Assembly (NCBI GenBank): GCA_029881795.1
Contig: JAOULX010000015.1
Location: 1,810 to 65,809, forward strand
Length of the DNA stretch: 64,000 nucleotides
Source: Gammaproteobacteria bacterium
GTDB lineage: Bacteria; Pseudomonadota; Gammaproteobacteria; SZUA-229
Direction of reading: 5' to 3'
Part shown: positions 20,647 to 29,786 of the stretch, in pieces
How the letters are laid out: every line of letters starts with the position of its first letter
Position numbering within the stretch: position 1 is the first letter of the stretch
The notes under the pieces: generated by a model
Seen by the model: only the letters and a program-made list of their open reading frames with translations
The model's database searches: none
Told to the model about the DNA's origin: nothing
Translations under genes and position numbers: made by a program

Positions 20647-20985
20647 AGCATTACTCCTGAGATTAAAAATTATGTCAGATTTAAACCTGACCTGTATTTT
20701 TTAGCTTTTTCATTCTCATTATTATGAGATTTAAAATGAGGGGAGAAATTTTTCAACCTCTTCCTCTCACCCTAGCCATCTCCCCAAGGAGAGGGAAGTC
20801 AATCAAAAGCTAAAACTTAAAACTGTTCATCAACTTTCCAGACCGAAGGATCAACTCTCAAGAAACGAGAGATTTTGTGTGCTGGGTAGGCGCGGTGCAG
20901 TTTTTAAAGCGGAGCGTACAAGTTAGTACGTGAGCATTTAAAAACTGTGCCGCAACACCCCCAGCGCGCAAAAGATCCGTTTCGA

Positions 20986-21711
20986 CTACCAGGAAGTAGA
21001 GTCGTCCAGCGTCGGCGCATCAACCGGCTCAACAGAATGTTCTTTGTTGAGTGGATTATCTGCACGCTGCAATTCATCTTCATGATAATGCAGCTTGGTC
21101 TTGCGACGTGGCAAATAATGGTTCGATGGATTCGTACCCCACTCTGGCATCAACTGGTAACCCGCGTTTTCGCGAATCGCAATCGACACTTCTGATTCTG
21201 AATCATGTACATCACCAAACAGACGTGCGCTGGTTGGGCATGACATAACACAGGCTGGTTTACGCTCATTCTCTGGTAACGATTCATCGTAAATACGATC
21301 AACACATAAAGTACATTTTTTCATGACTTTCTGATGTTCGTCGAATTCACGCGCACCGTATGGGCAAGCCCATGAACAATACTTACAACCGATACATTTG
21401 TCGTAATTTACCAGTACGATACCGTCTTCTTCACGTTTGAAGCTGGCACCTGTTGGGCAAACCGGAACGCAAGGTGCATCTTCACAATGCAGACAAGATT
21501 TAGGAAAATGCAGTGTTTCCGTTTTAGGGAACTCACCAATTTCATAAGTCTGTACACGGTTAAAGAAAGTACCGGTCGGGTCTTTGCTGTATGGATTGTC
21601 ATCTGACATCGCACCGGCCGGGCCTGAAGTGTTCCACTCTTTACAAGACGTAACACAGGCGTGACAACCGACACAAACATTTAAGTCAATAACAAGGGCT
21701 AACTGAGTCAT
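20986..21711 (-). CDS. soeB: 4Fe-4S ferredoxin-type electron-transfer subunit (SoeB-like), no Tat signal
   Basis: 241 aa with four CxxCxxCxxxCP clusters (CVGCHACVTSC, CLHCEDAPCVPVCP, CIGCKYCSWACP, CTLCVDR...C). The N-terminus MTQLALVIDLNVC has no twin-arginine motif. There is a 2-bp gap to soeA. Confidence 0.6.
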   Translation of the reverse strand: MTQLALVIDLNVCVGCHACVTSCKEWNTSGPAGAMSDDNPYSKDPTGTFFNRVQTYEIGEFPKTETLHFPKSCLHCEDAPCVPVCPTGASFKREEDGIVLVNYDKCIGCKYCSWACPYGAREFDEHQKVMKKCTLCVDRIYDESLPENERKPACVMSCPTSARLFGDVHDSESEVSIAIRENAGYQLMPEWGTNPSNHYLPRRKTKLHYHEDELQRADNPLNKEHSVEPVDAPTLDDSTSW

Positions 21712-21713
21712 TA

Positions 21714-24617
21714 TTACTTAGCTCCTTTTTTTGTGAATTTGCCGGCAAAATAACCTAACCATGAACGACGCTGTTCCATGCCCGGGAATACCGGCATGGT
21801 GTCGAAAGTCGGGAAGGTTACTTTTTCTTCGTCATCTTCAGCTTTATAAACACGTACACGCACATCGTACCAACCTGCCTGACCGGTAATCGGATCAGAG
21901 TTTGATATATGCTCGCCACACTCATTTTTTGGCAGTTCTTCTGAGATCAGGTGATTCAGCAAGAAACCTTTATTGGATTCATTGGCTGTCTTATCCAGAT
22001 TCCATGCACCGCTGGCCTTACCCACTGCATTCCAGGTCCAGATCGTACCCGGCTCTACCGCTTCCGAGTAACGTGCCATACAACGCACTTTGCCGTGCAT
22101 TGATTCAGCCCACATCCAGCCACCGTCTTCAATCCCCTGCGCTTGCGCCGTTGAAGGATGAATGTGCATGTAGTTATGCGAATGAATCTGACGTAACCAG
22201 GCATTCTGCGAATCCCACGAGTGGTACATCGCCATTGGACGCTGAGTCAATGCGTTTAACGGATATTTATGTTTATCCGTTAACTGCGACTCTAAGGTCT
22301 CGCTGTAGAATGGTAACGGATCAAAGTGTTCTCTGACGCGTTCTTTCAAATGCTCTGGTGGTTGTTTACCAGCACGCTTGCCTTCTGCCGCTAAGCGGAA
22401 ACCTTGCAGTACTTCTGAATAAATATGAATATTTATTGGCTCTGCAAAACGCGTTAAACGGTGATCCTGTGCCCAGGTTAAATAACCTTTATTCCAGTTA
22501 CGCATGTACTGGTAAGACTTCGGCAGGTGATGATGATAAACGCAGTCATTCTTCTCATACATTTCCCACTGATTAGGATTCGGCTCACCCTTCATAAATT
22601 TCTCGCCGCCTTTACCACGCCAGCCAGATAAGAAACCGATACCGGAACCCGGCTCTGTTTCAAAATTCACAATGAAGTCAGGGTAGTCACGGAATTTACG
22701 TGACCCGTCTTTGTTAGTGAACGCCGGTAAACCTAAACGTGAACCCAGCTCAATAATCACTTCCTGGAACGGCTTGCAGTCACCTTTTGGTGGCACAACC
22801 GGTATACGAACCGAATCAACCGGACCTTCAAATTCTGAAATTGGACGATCCAGCATCGACATTACATCGTGACGCTCTAAATAAGTTGTATCCGGTAATA
22901 CCAGATCAGCAAACGCAACCGTTTCTGACTGGAATGCATCGGCAACGATTAAGAATGGAATCTTGAATTCACCATTCTCATCTTTGTCGTTCAGCATCTT
23001 ACGCACTTCAGAAGTGTTCATGCTTGAGTTCCAAGCCATGTTCGCCATGAAGATTAATAAGGTATCAATTTTGTACGGGTCGCCGCGCCATGCATTGGTG
23101 ATCGCATTGTGCATTAAGCCGTGTGCTGATAACGGAAATTCCCAAGAGAAGGCTTTATCGATACGAACCGGATTAGCATTTTCATCAACAAACAAATCAT
23201 CAGGATTTGCAGGCCAGCCTAATGGCATACCATTTAATGGTGTGTTTGGCTGAACATCTTCCGGACCTTTCGGGTTTTTCGCGCAAGGTGGAATTGGACG
23301 CGGGAACGGCGCTTTATGACGGAAACCACCCGGACGATCAATCGTACCTAATAATGTCATCAGGATAGATAAGGCACGGATAGTTTGGAAACCATTTGAG
23401 TGTGCCGCCAGACCACGCATTGCATGGAAAGAAACTGGGTTACCGGTTACCGTGTCATGGTCATTACCCCAGACATCCGTCCAGGCAATTGGCAGTTCGA
23501 TTTTTTCATCACGCGCCACAATACCCATTTCATGAGCAAGACGTTTGATGGTTTCAGCAGGAATACCAGTAATAGATGAAGCCCACTCAGGTGTATACTC
23601 TTCAACACGCTCTTTTAACAATTGCAGTGAAGATTTAACCTTAGTGCCATTTTCCAACGTGTAAGCACCAAACAGGAATGGATCGGCGCCTTTAGTATGA
23701 GTGATAACCGGCTCATTCTTATTACGATCCCACCACAGTTTATTCTCTGGATCGAAACAACCTTTTTCACCCACTTCAACATCTTTGTTACGCACAAACA
23801 TACCAAAGTCATCACTGCTCTCGTCCTGATTAACCAGCTCAGCGGCATTGGTGTACTGCACCAGGAACTCGCGGTCATACAGACCCTGTGTAATCAGCTC
23901 GTTAGTGATGGCTAATAATAACGCACCATCGGTACCCGGCTTGATCGGAACCCATTCATCGGCAATCGCGGAATAGCCAGTACGCACAGGGTTAACAGAG
24001 ATAAAGCGGCCACCGTTACGTTTGAATTTAGACAGCGCAATTTTCATCGGGTTGGAGTGATGATCTTCCGCCGTACCCAACATAATGAACAAGCGTGAAC
24101 GCTCAAGATCAGGACCACCGAACTCCCAGAAAGAACCACCGATGGTGTAGATCATGCCGGTTGCCATGTTCACCGAACAGAAACCACCGTGTGCCGCGTA
24201 GTTAGGTGTTCCGAACTGCTTGGCAAACATACCGGTAAGAGCCTGCATCTGGTCACGCCCCGTGAACAATGCAAATTTCTTCGGATCTGTGCCGCGCAAG
24301 TGACGCAGGCGTTCTTCCATTACCTCGAAAGCGCGATCCCAGCTGATTTCTTCAAAGTCGCCGGTACCACGTTCCGCGCCTTCGCGACGCATCAGAGGCT
24401 TGGTCAGACGAGCCGGTGAATACTGCTTCATGATGCCCGAAGCACCTTTCGCACAGATTACACCTTTGTTTAATGGATGATCCGGATTACCCTGGATATA
24501 ACGAACTTCGTTATCTCGCAACGTAACGCGGATACCACAACGACAGGCACACATATAACAGGTTGTATTTTTAACCTCTGTGCGACCATCACCAGCATTT
24601 GCAGTTGTCGTATTCAT
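21714..24617 (-). CDS. soeA: molybdopterin (bis-MGD) oxidoreductase catalytic subunit, cytoplasm-facing, SoeA-like sulfite dehydrogenase candidate
   Basis: 967 aa. N-terminal FS0 Cys cluster (CYMCACRCG) and molybdopterin oxidoreductase domains throughout. No RRxFLK Tat signal at the N-terminus (MNTTTANAGDGRTEV...). Subunit sizes 967/241/327 match the SoeABC pattern. Confidence 0.55.
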   Translation of the reverse strand: MNTTTANAGDGRTEVKNTTCYMCACRCGIRVTLRDNEVRYIQGNPDHPLNKGVICAKGASGIMKQYSPARLTKPLMRREGAERGTGDFEEISWDRAFEVMEERLRHLRGTDPKKFALFTGRDQMQALTGMFAKQFGTPNYAAHGGFCSVNMATGMIYTIGGSFWEFGGPDLERSRLFIMLGTAEDHHSNPMKIALSKFKRNGGRFISVNPVRTGYSAIADEWVPIKPGTDGALLLAITNELITQGLYDREFLVQYTNAAELVNQDESSDDFGMFVRNKDVEVGEKGCFDPENKLWWDRNKNEPVITHTKGADPFLFGAYTLENGTKVKSSLQLLKERVEEYTPEWASSITGIPAETIKRLAHEMGIVARDEKIELPIAWTDVWGNDHDTVTGNPVSFHAMRGLAAHSNGFQTIRALSILMTLLGTIDRPGGFRHKAPFPRPIPPCAKNPKGPEDVQPNTPLNGMPLGWPANPDDLFVDENANPVRIDKAFSWEFPLSAHGLMHNAITNAWRGDPYKIDTLLIFMANMAWNSSMNTSEVRKMLNDKDENGEFKIPFLIVADAFQSETVAFADLVLPDTTYLERHDVMSMLDRPISEFEGPVDSVRIPVVPPKGDCKPFQEVIIELGSRLGLPAFTNKDGSRKFRDYPDFIVNFETEPGSGIGFLSGWRGKGGEKFMKGEPNPNQWEMYEKNDCVYHHHLPKSYQYMRNWNKGYLTWAQDHRLTRFAEPINIHIYSEVLQGFRLAAEGKRAGKQPPEHLKERVREHFDPLPFYSETLESQLTDKHKYPLNALTQRPMAMYHSWDSQNAWLRQIHSHNYMHIHPSTAQAQGIEDGGWMWAESMHGKVRCMARYSEAVEPGTIWTWNAVGKASGAWNLDKTANESNKGFLLNHLISEELPKNECGEHISNSDPITGQAGWYDVRVRVYKAEDDEEKVTFPTFDTMPVFPGMEQRRSWLGYFAGKFTKKGAK

Positions 24618-25049
24618 ATAATATCAATACCTATTGGGTCTTAATTTAGGGGGGCGAACCGGCCACCTCGCCGTTCTCGACAAGCCAGCCAGAACTGGTA
24701 GCTGCAATAAAGAGAGTATTGAGTATAGTCAAACTATACAAAAAGCCCGCTCTAGAGCCCGCCTCTACCAGTTAAATTCTAATAAAAATCAATTATTTCA
24801 GACGAGCGTAAAAACCCAGACTAAAAAATTCAGCGCTGCAGTTTGCCTATATCATCAGCAACTCGCAAGATAGAATTTTTAATCAAGCGATAAGTAGTAT
24901 TTATCTATATAAGAATTTATTAATTTTAGTGCATTAGAATATGCGCATTCTATTAAATTGCGATAAAATTGAAATAAATCAATCTGCAAACAATCAATAA
25001 GTCTATACTCTTTGCAATCACTCAGATCGATGCTCGCATCAGGATCACT

Positions 25050-26030
25050 ATGAATCAGCTCACTGATAAATTTGGACGCACCATCGAATACCTGAGGCTC
25101 TCCGTCACCGATCGCTGCGACCTGCGCTGTACTTACTGTATGCCCAAAGGCTTCAATGACTATGAAGACGCTGAAAACTCCCTGACTAATACTGAAATTG
25201 AGCGCGTCGTTAAAGCCTTTACCGAACTCGGCACCAAACGAATACGCCTGACAGGCGGTGAACCCCTGATACGAAAAGGTATTGCCGAACTGGCACACAA
25301 TCTCGCCGCATTACCCGGCCTGGAAGACCTCTCACTCAGCACCAACGCAACCCGCATGAGCAAATATGCTGACGACTTAAAAGCCAGCGGTATCCAGCGA
25401 CTCAATGTCAGCCTCGACACATTAGATGCCGACAAATTTAAACGCCTGACCGGTGGCAAACTCTCCAAAGTCATTGATGGCTTAATGGCCGCCAAAGCAG
25501 CCGGCTTCAAACCCATTAAAATCAATATGGTGGTAATGAAAGGCGAAAACGATATGGACGCTGAAGAGATACTCAGCTTCTGCATCGAACACGGATTTAC
25601 CTTGCGCTTTATTGAAACCATGCCAATGGGTGATACCGGCCGCAATGCTCAGGATCACTATATCGATCTGAAAATCATCAAACAACGGCTGGCAGAGAAA
25701 TTTGACCTGATTCCGGGCGTCATGCCCGGTGGTGGTCCGGCGCGATATATGAACGTCGCTGATACCGATATTAACATCGGCTTCATCACCCCAATTTCCC
25801 AGCACTTTTGTGATACCTGCAATCGGGTGCGCTTATCGGTTGATGGCACCATATATACCTGCCTCGGCCAGGAGCACCATATCGCACTGCGACCAATACT
25901 GCGAGCCAACTGCAGCGACGACGAACTAAAACAGGCCATTATTGATGCCATTAACCTCAAACCAGAAAAACACGAGTTCAATGAAAAACCTGAAAAACTG
26001 GTTCGCTTTATGTCAATGACGGGGGGCTAG
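25050..26030 (+). CDS. moaA: GTP 3',8-cyclase MoaA (molybdenum cofactor biosynthesis, radical SAM)
   Basis: 326 aa: LTDKFGRTIEYLRLSVTDRCDLRCTYCMP (CxxxCxxC radical-SAM motif), with a C-terminal Cys cluster. Confidence 0.9.
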   Translation: MNQLTDKFGRTIEYLRLSVTDRCDLRCTYCMPKGFNDYEDAENSLTNTEIERVVKAFTELGTKRIRLTGGEPLIRKGIAELAHNLAALPGLEDLSLSTNATRMSKYADDLKASGIQRLNVSLDTLDADKFKRLTGGKLSKVIDGLMAAKAAGFKPIKINMVVMKGENDMDAEEILSFCIEHGFTLRFIETMPMGDTGRNAQDHYIDLKIIKQRLAEKFDLIPGVMPGGGPARYMNVADTDINIGFITPISQHFCDTCNRVRLSVDGTIYTCLGQEHHIALRPILRANCSDDELKQAIIDAINLKPEKHEFNEKPEKLVRFMSMTGG

Positions 26031-26034
26031 ACCC

Positions 26035-26069
26035 TGTTTGCGGTTTGCGGTTTGCGGTTTGCGGTTTGC
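26035..26069. repeat. tandem heptanucleotide repeat (GGTTTGC)x5 (first unit TGTTTGC)
   Basis: I read tgtttgc ggtttgc ggtttgc ggtttgc ggtttgc directly, 5 bp after the moaA stop and about 90 bp upstream of the next CDS. Confidence 0.9.
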
Positions 26070-26155
26070 GGTTTGCAAAAGCATAATCAACTCATTCTAA
26101 GTTTTTGACACTCACTGCAAACTGAACACCGAATACGGCACACTTAGATACCAAC

Positions 26156-26641
26156 ATGGGGTTTATTGAAGTCCCAGCCCTGAACCGCAAAGCGCCATCA
26201 ACAAGTTTCAAAATACAAGGCAAACAATTAAGTGTCGACCTTCTCACACCAATGACAGGTAAAACAGATACCAGACCGGTGCATATTTCATCATTAAACA
26301 CCTTTGCCGAACCCGTGCGATTTCTTGATTACCTGCTTGAAGACACTCAGCCTGCCGTTATTGTTGCTCGTGCAGGCATACTTGTTAATGTGCCAGCTCC
26401 CGCAAGGTATGCACTGCATAAACTGGTTACCGCAGAACGAAGGCCTGCCGCTATGCACCTGAAAGCAAACAAGGATATGAACCAGGCCACACAATTATTG
26501 AGCTTTCTGCTTGAAAACCGTGCCGGAGATATTACCAGCGCAGTAAAGGCAACAAAAATAATGCCAGAGAAATTCCAGCAACAACTAAAAAACAGTATTA
26601 ACAAGCTTCCGGCACAGCTAAGTAAACATATTAACCTGTAA
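26156..26641 (+). CDS. hypothetical protein
   Basis: 161-aa ORF. I recognise no family. Confidence 0.4.
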   Translation: MGFIEVPALNRKAPSTSFKIQGKQLSVDLLTPMTGKTDTRPVHISSLNTFAEPVRFLDYLLEDTQPAVIVARAGILVNVPAPARYALHKLVTAERRPAAMHLKANKDMNQATQLLSFLLENRAGDITSAVKATKIMPEKFQQQLKNSINKLPAQLSKHINL

Positions 26642-26686
26642 AACGACATATACAACCGCTGGCTACACACTTACGACTATGCAGTT

Positions 26687-27523
26687 ATGGCAAGAATCAC
26701 AATAGACACATGGAACCCTGATTTTTTAAATCTATCCCTCATCTTTGATTCCATTAGAGATGTCGCGATACCTTTTACTCAATTAAAACACTGGCCAACA
26801 CTGGAACAGTTTGCAGACGAGTTTGGCCAAGACAAAATTCTATCCCGTAACGGCAAGCGCATTCAGCCGGTAGCACAGGGCGAAGCGCCGGAAAAGTTTG
26901 ATGAGCTTTACGAGTCACGCATTTTTTTAAAAGGTGAATTACAAACACGACTTGAAAACTGGCACGACTTTTTTAACGCCATGTGCTGGTTACAATTTCC
27001 AAAAATGAAATCTGCACTCAATGCCCTGCACTTCGAGCATTCACAAACCCGCGAGGCCGGTAGTAATCGCTCCGCACTGGAAAATGCCATCACACTGTTT
27101 GATGAATGCGGAGCCATTATTGTTTCTGATGATGAAAACCTGCTGCAACTGATTCGTCAGCACCAGTGGAAAGAACTGTTCGTAAAACACAGAAAGGCAT
27201 TCACTGACAAAGACACTCCGCGTCAAATTCGTGTTTATGTTGTCGGCCACGCAATGCATGAAAAAGCTCTGACACCATACCTGGGCATGACCACGCACTC
27301 CATTCTGATTCACCAACCCACAGCGTTCTTTGAACAAAGCCAGTTGTCGCAACTGCAGCAGCTAGATGAACAAATCGCCGGGTTATGGCAAGAAAAAACT
27401 ATTGCCTCAAGTAAAGACTTACAACCGTATCCACTACTGGGCACGCCCCACTGGTGGCAAGATGCGCAGGATGATGATTTCTATAACAACAATGATTATT
27501 TCAGAGCAAAAAAGATAAGCTAA
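26687..27523 (+). CDS. conserved hypothetical protein (acidic, Trp-rich C-terminus)
   Basis: 278-aa ORF, 45 bp after the preceding gene (likely the same operon). I cannot confidently assign a family. Confidence 0.45.
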   Translation: MARITIDTWNPDFLNLSLIFDSIRDVAIPFTQLKHWPTLEQFADEFGQDKILSRNGKRIQPVAQGEAPEKFDELYESRIFLKGELQTRLENWHDFFNAMCWLQFPKMKSALNALHFEHSQTREAGSNRSALENAITLFDECGAIIVSDDENLLQLIRQHQWKELFVKHRKAFTDKDTPRQIRVYVVGHAMHEKALTPYLGMTTHSILIHQPTAFFEQSQLSQLQQLDEQIAGLWQEKTIASSKDLQPYPLLGTPHWWQDAQDDDFYNNNDYFRAKKIS

Positions 27524-27800
27524 GGACCACGGCGGAACTGCGTCCCATTATCCTAATAACAGCCAGCGCCTGCATTATAGACAAGAAAAAATGACACGTC
27601 CCTGCGCCAAACAATATCCATTTCAAAATAAGCAAGAGTTCTTGACCAGCTGCTAAGCCTATAAAAAAACCAGCGATAAAACATCACCCATTTAGGTGAA
27701 ATTAAATCTAAATGGCAACATATTCGATAAACAAGCACTCAATTTATCAAAGCCATCTGCATTTCACCTTGTAGCGTAAGTAAAATAAACCACCAAAGCG

Positions 27801-29660
27801 CTATTTCGTCAACTTATCGAGTATCGCTGACCATTGCGTATAAAACAGAAAATGTCCCTGTTCTTCAAGAAGATTATAACGGCTGTCCTTTAACTCATTA
27901 TCCAGTCTCTGCGACAGCACCAGTGGAACATGACAGTCCTTGCCCCCATGCCAGATATCTATCGGTACCTTTATCTCCGCTGGTTTAAACTGCCAGTCAT
28001 GCATCAGCTGTATTATTTCCATCGCAGTCGCCTTCCCGCCCTGACAAAAACCTTCCAGTAATGAGCTGAACATTTCCTTTTTAAACTGCTCCGATGCCAT
28101 TACTTGCTGATCCGCTTCGCCCAGTTTCTTGCTTAATTGTGAAAAAAAAGTGGCAGGGTCTTCGATAATTCCTTTTACCAGTACATTAGATAACAGCTTG
28201 TATATTTTCGGCAGATGTTTTGCCAGCCGTATATTCATTTTGTATAGCGGTATCATAGGTTTAAAGTCTTCAGACGAGACCGCCGGCATACCGCAACTGA
28301 TCAAGGCGATGCGTTTGATGCGTTCAGGGAATTCATGCGCACAAGCCAGAGCATACTGCCCGCCCATGGCATATCCGCTCAGCAAAAACTGCTCCAGCTT
28401 CAATTCATCCGCTAGTTGCAACAGATCTCTCGCCCAGTTAATAAAACTCATATCAGGATCAGGATCAGAGGCGCCAAAGCCCGGTCTGTCTGCAACAATC
28501 AGGCGCACATTTTTCTGCCGACAGATTTCATCCGCATCCAATGCCAGCTCATGACGTGAGCCCAGCACACTGTGGCAATGTATCAGCACTTCACCATTCG
28601 CAACGCCGTATTGCTGATAAGCCAGGTTTCTGCCATCTTTTAGCATCAGCACCTGATATTCTTTGTTCCAGGCTCTGGCTTTAGTTAACAGGTTTTTCCT
28701 GCTTCCCGGTTGCTGCACAGGAACAGAGTTAATGAAGCTACCCATACCGTTATACACCAGACTTACCAGTTCGGCCTGGCGTGAGGTCTGGGTTTTTTTC
28801 ATCACCGATTTGACATGTGAACGTACGGTATGCTGCGACACCGACGCTTCCTCAGAGATCTCTTTAACGCTTAATCCCCGTACCAGCTGAGAAGTGACCG
28901 CTAATTCTTTTTCGGTTAATCCATACAACTCCGACAATTCTCCGGGTAAAGACAGCGGCTGCGATTTTCTATGTGCGATAAATATTGCAACCGACGCCTT
29001 ACCTTCGTTGCCGTGATTTTTAACCGGCGCCAGAAACAGCATCAGACTGTTCTGCGTCTCTTCATGATTCATCACCAGAGCCTGACCTCGTGATGTAGCA
29101 GGGTCATGTTTTGCCATCTGCCGCACCGCTTTCAAAAGCTTTTCCTGATTGTATGAGCTTGCCCTCAGGCAACCCGATTGCTGCGACAACCCTTCACCTT
29201 GTTTCAGTAATTCATCCGCTAACGCATTGCTCTCTATCAGCCTGCTGTTTTTATCAACCAGCACCAGTGCAATCGGCAGCCGATCGAGCACCGAAAACAC
29301 CACTTCATGTTGCTCATCAATATCAATCAGTCGCTTGGCTATCTTTAAAGCACGGGCAAAGTGCTCAATCAGCACGTCATTAACCTCACCCAGTTCAGAA
29401 GGACTCTGCTGTTCGGGGTCGTTAGTGTTGAAAGCCGTGATTGATTTAAGTGTTTCTGAGATGCTAGCGGCCGGTTTTTTATTCCCCGTATCAGCCATAT
29501 CCGGGATCACCGACAAGATATGGTGACCCGTGACCTCTGTTTGATTATCAACATGATCAACATACTCAGCGAACGCATTCAATAAGTCAGTCCATTTTGC
29601 TGGTTCAATGGCGGCATCATAAATCAATCCGATCAGCTCATTAATTATGGTGTTTTTCAT
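27801..29660 (-). CDS. LuxR/GerE-type HTH regulator fused to a C-terminal alpha/beta-hydrolase-fold domain, apparent Ser-to-Ala at the nucleophile elbow
   Basis: The central HTH LTEKELAVTSQLVRGLSVKEISEEASVSQHTVRSHVKSVMKKT is a GerE/LuxR motif. The C-terminal roughly 270 aa has an abhydrolase pattern (HCHSVLGSRHE..., nucleophile elbow SGYAMGG where GxSxG is expected, DIWHGGKDCHV, EEQGHFLF). Confidence 0.7.
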   Translation of the reverse strand: MKNTIINELIGLIYDAAIEPAKWTDLLNAFAEYVDHVDNQTEVTGHHILSVIPDMADTGNKKPAASISETLKSITAFNTNDPEQQSPSELGEVNDVLIEHFARALKIAKRLIDIDEQHEVVFSVLDRLPIALVLVDKNSRLIESNALADELLKQGEGLSQQSGCLRASSYNQEKLLKAVRQMAKHDPATSRGQALVMNHEETQNSLMLFLAPVKNHGNEGKASVAIFIAHRKSQPLSLPGELSELYGLTEKELAVTSQLVRGLSVKEISEEASVSQHTVRSHVKSVMKKTQTSRQAELVSLVYNGMGSFINSVPVQQPGSRKNLLTKARAWNKEYQVLMLKDGRNLAYQQYGVANGEVLIHCHSVLGSRHELALDADEICRQKNVRLIVADRPGFGASDPDPDMSFINWARDLLQLADELKLEQFLLSGYAMGGQYALACAHEFPERIKRIALISCGMPAVSSEDFKPMIPLYKMNIRLAKHLPKIYKLLSNVLVKGIIEDPATFFSQLSKKLGEADQQVMASEQFKKEMFSSLLEGFCQGGKATAMEIIQLMHDWQFKPAEIKVPIDIWHGGKDCHVPLVLSQRLDNELKDSRYNLLEEQGHFLFYTQWSAILDKLTK

Positions 29661-29786
29661 AGCCTTATTATTCTTATTTTTTAATTTTCAAACAACCGCT
29701 GCTGATTATTTCACAGCGCTCAGCAGACATCTTGCTCCAGATCAAGCCATACTGTGTTTTGGTTTAGATCGAAGGCAGCCGGGTCG

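Noticed and set aside
21902-24419. Several 70-144-aa plus-strand ORFs inside the soeA region (for example 21902-22336, 22963-23253, 24189-24419)
   Set aside because: All are antisense to a 967-aa gene with coherent molybdopterin-oxidoreductase homology along its full length. They are typical shadow ORFs.
24618-25049. Moco riboswitch immediately upstream of moaA
   Set aside because: The moaA-proximal leader is extremely AT-rich and shows none of the GC-rich paired elements that I would expect. I kept only a low-confidence possibility on the soeA side, which needs a covariance-model search.
24879-25298. 139-aa minus-strand ORF
   Set aside because: It overlaps the first 250 bp of the clearly genuine moaA gene on the opposite strand and extends into the AT-rich promoter region. 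It is an antisense artefact.
26035-26069. Considered whether the heptamer repeat or the 11-mer repeat at 61925 could be a degenerate CRISPR array
   Set aside because: The units are 7-11 bp with no spacers and no cas genes anywhere in the window. These are simple tandem repeats, not CRISPR.
27553-27738. 61-aa minus-strand ORF in the convergent spacer between the 278-aa hypothetical gene and the LuxR-hydrolase gene
   Set aside because: It is short, lies in a terminator-type intergenic region, and has no RBS or family resemblance.
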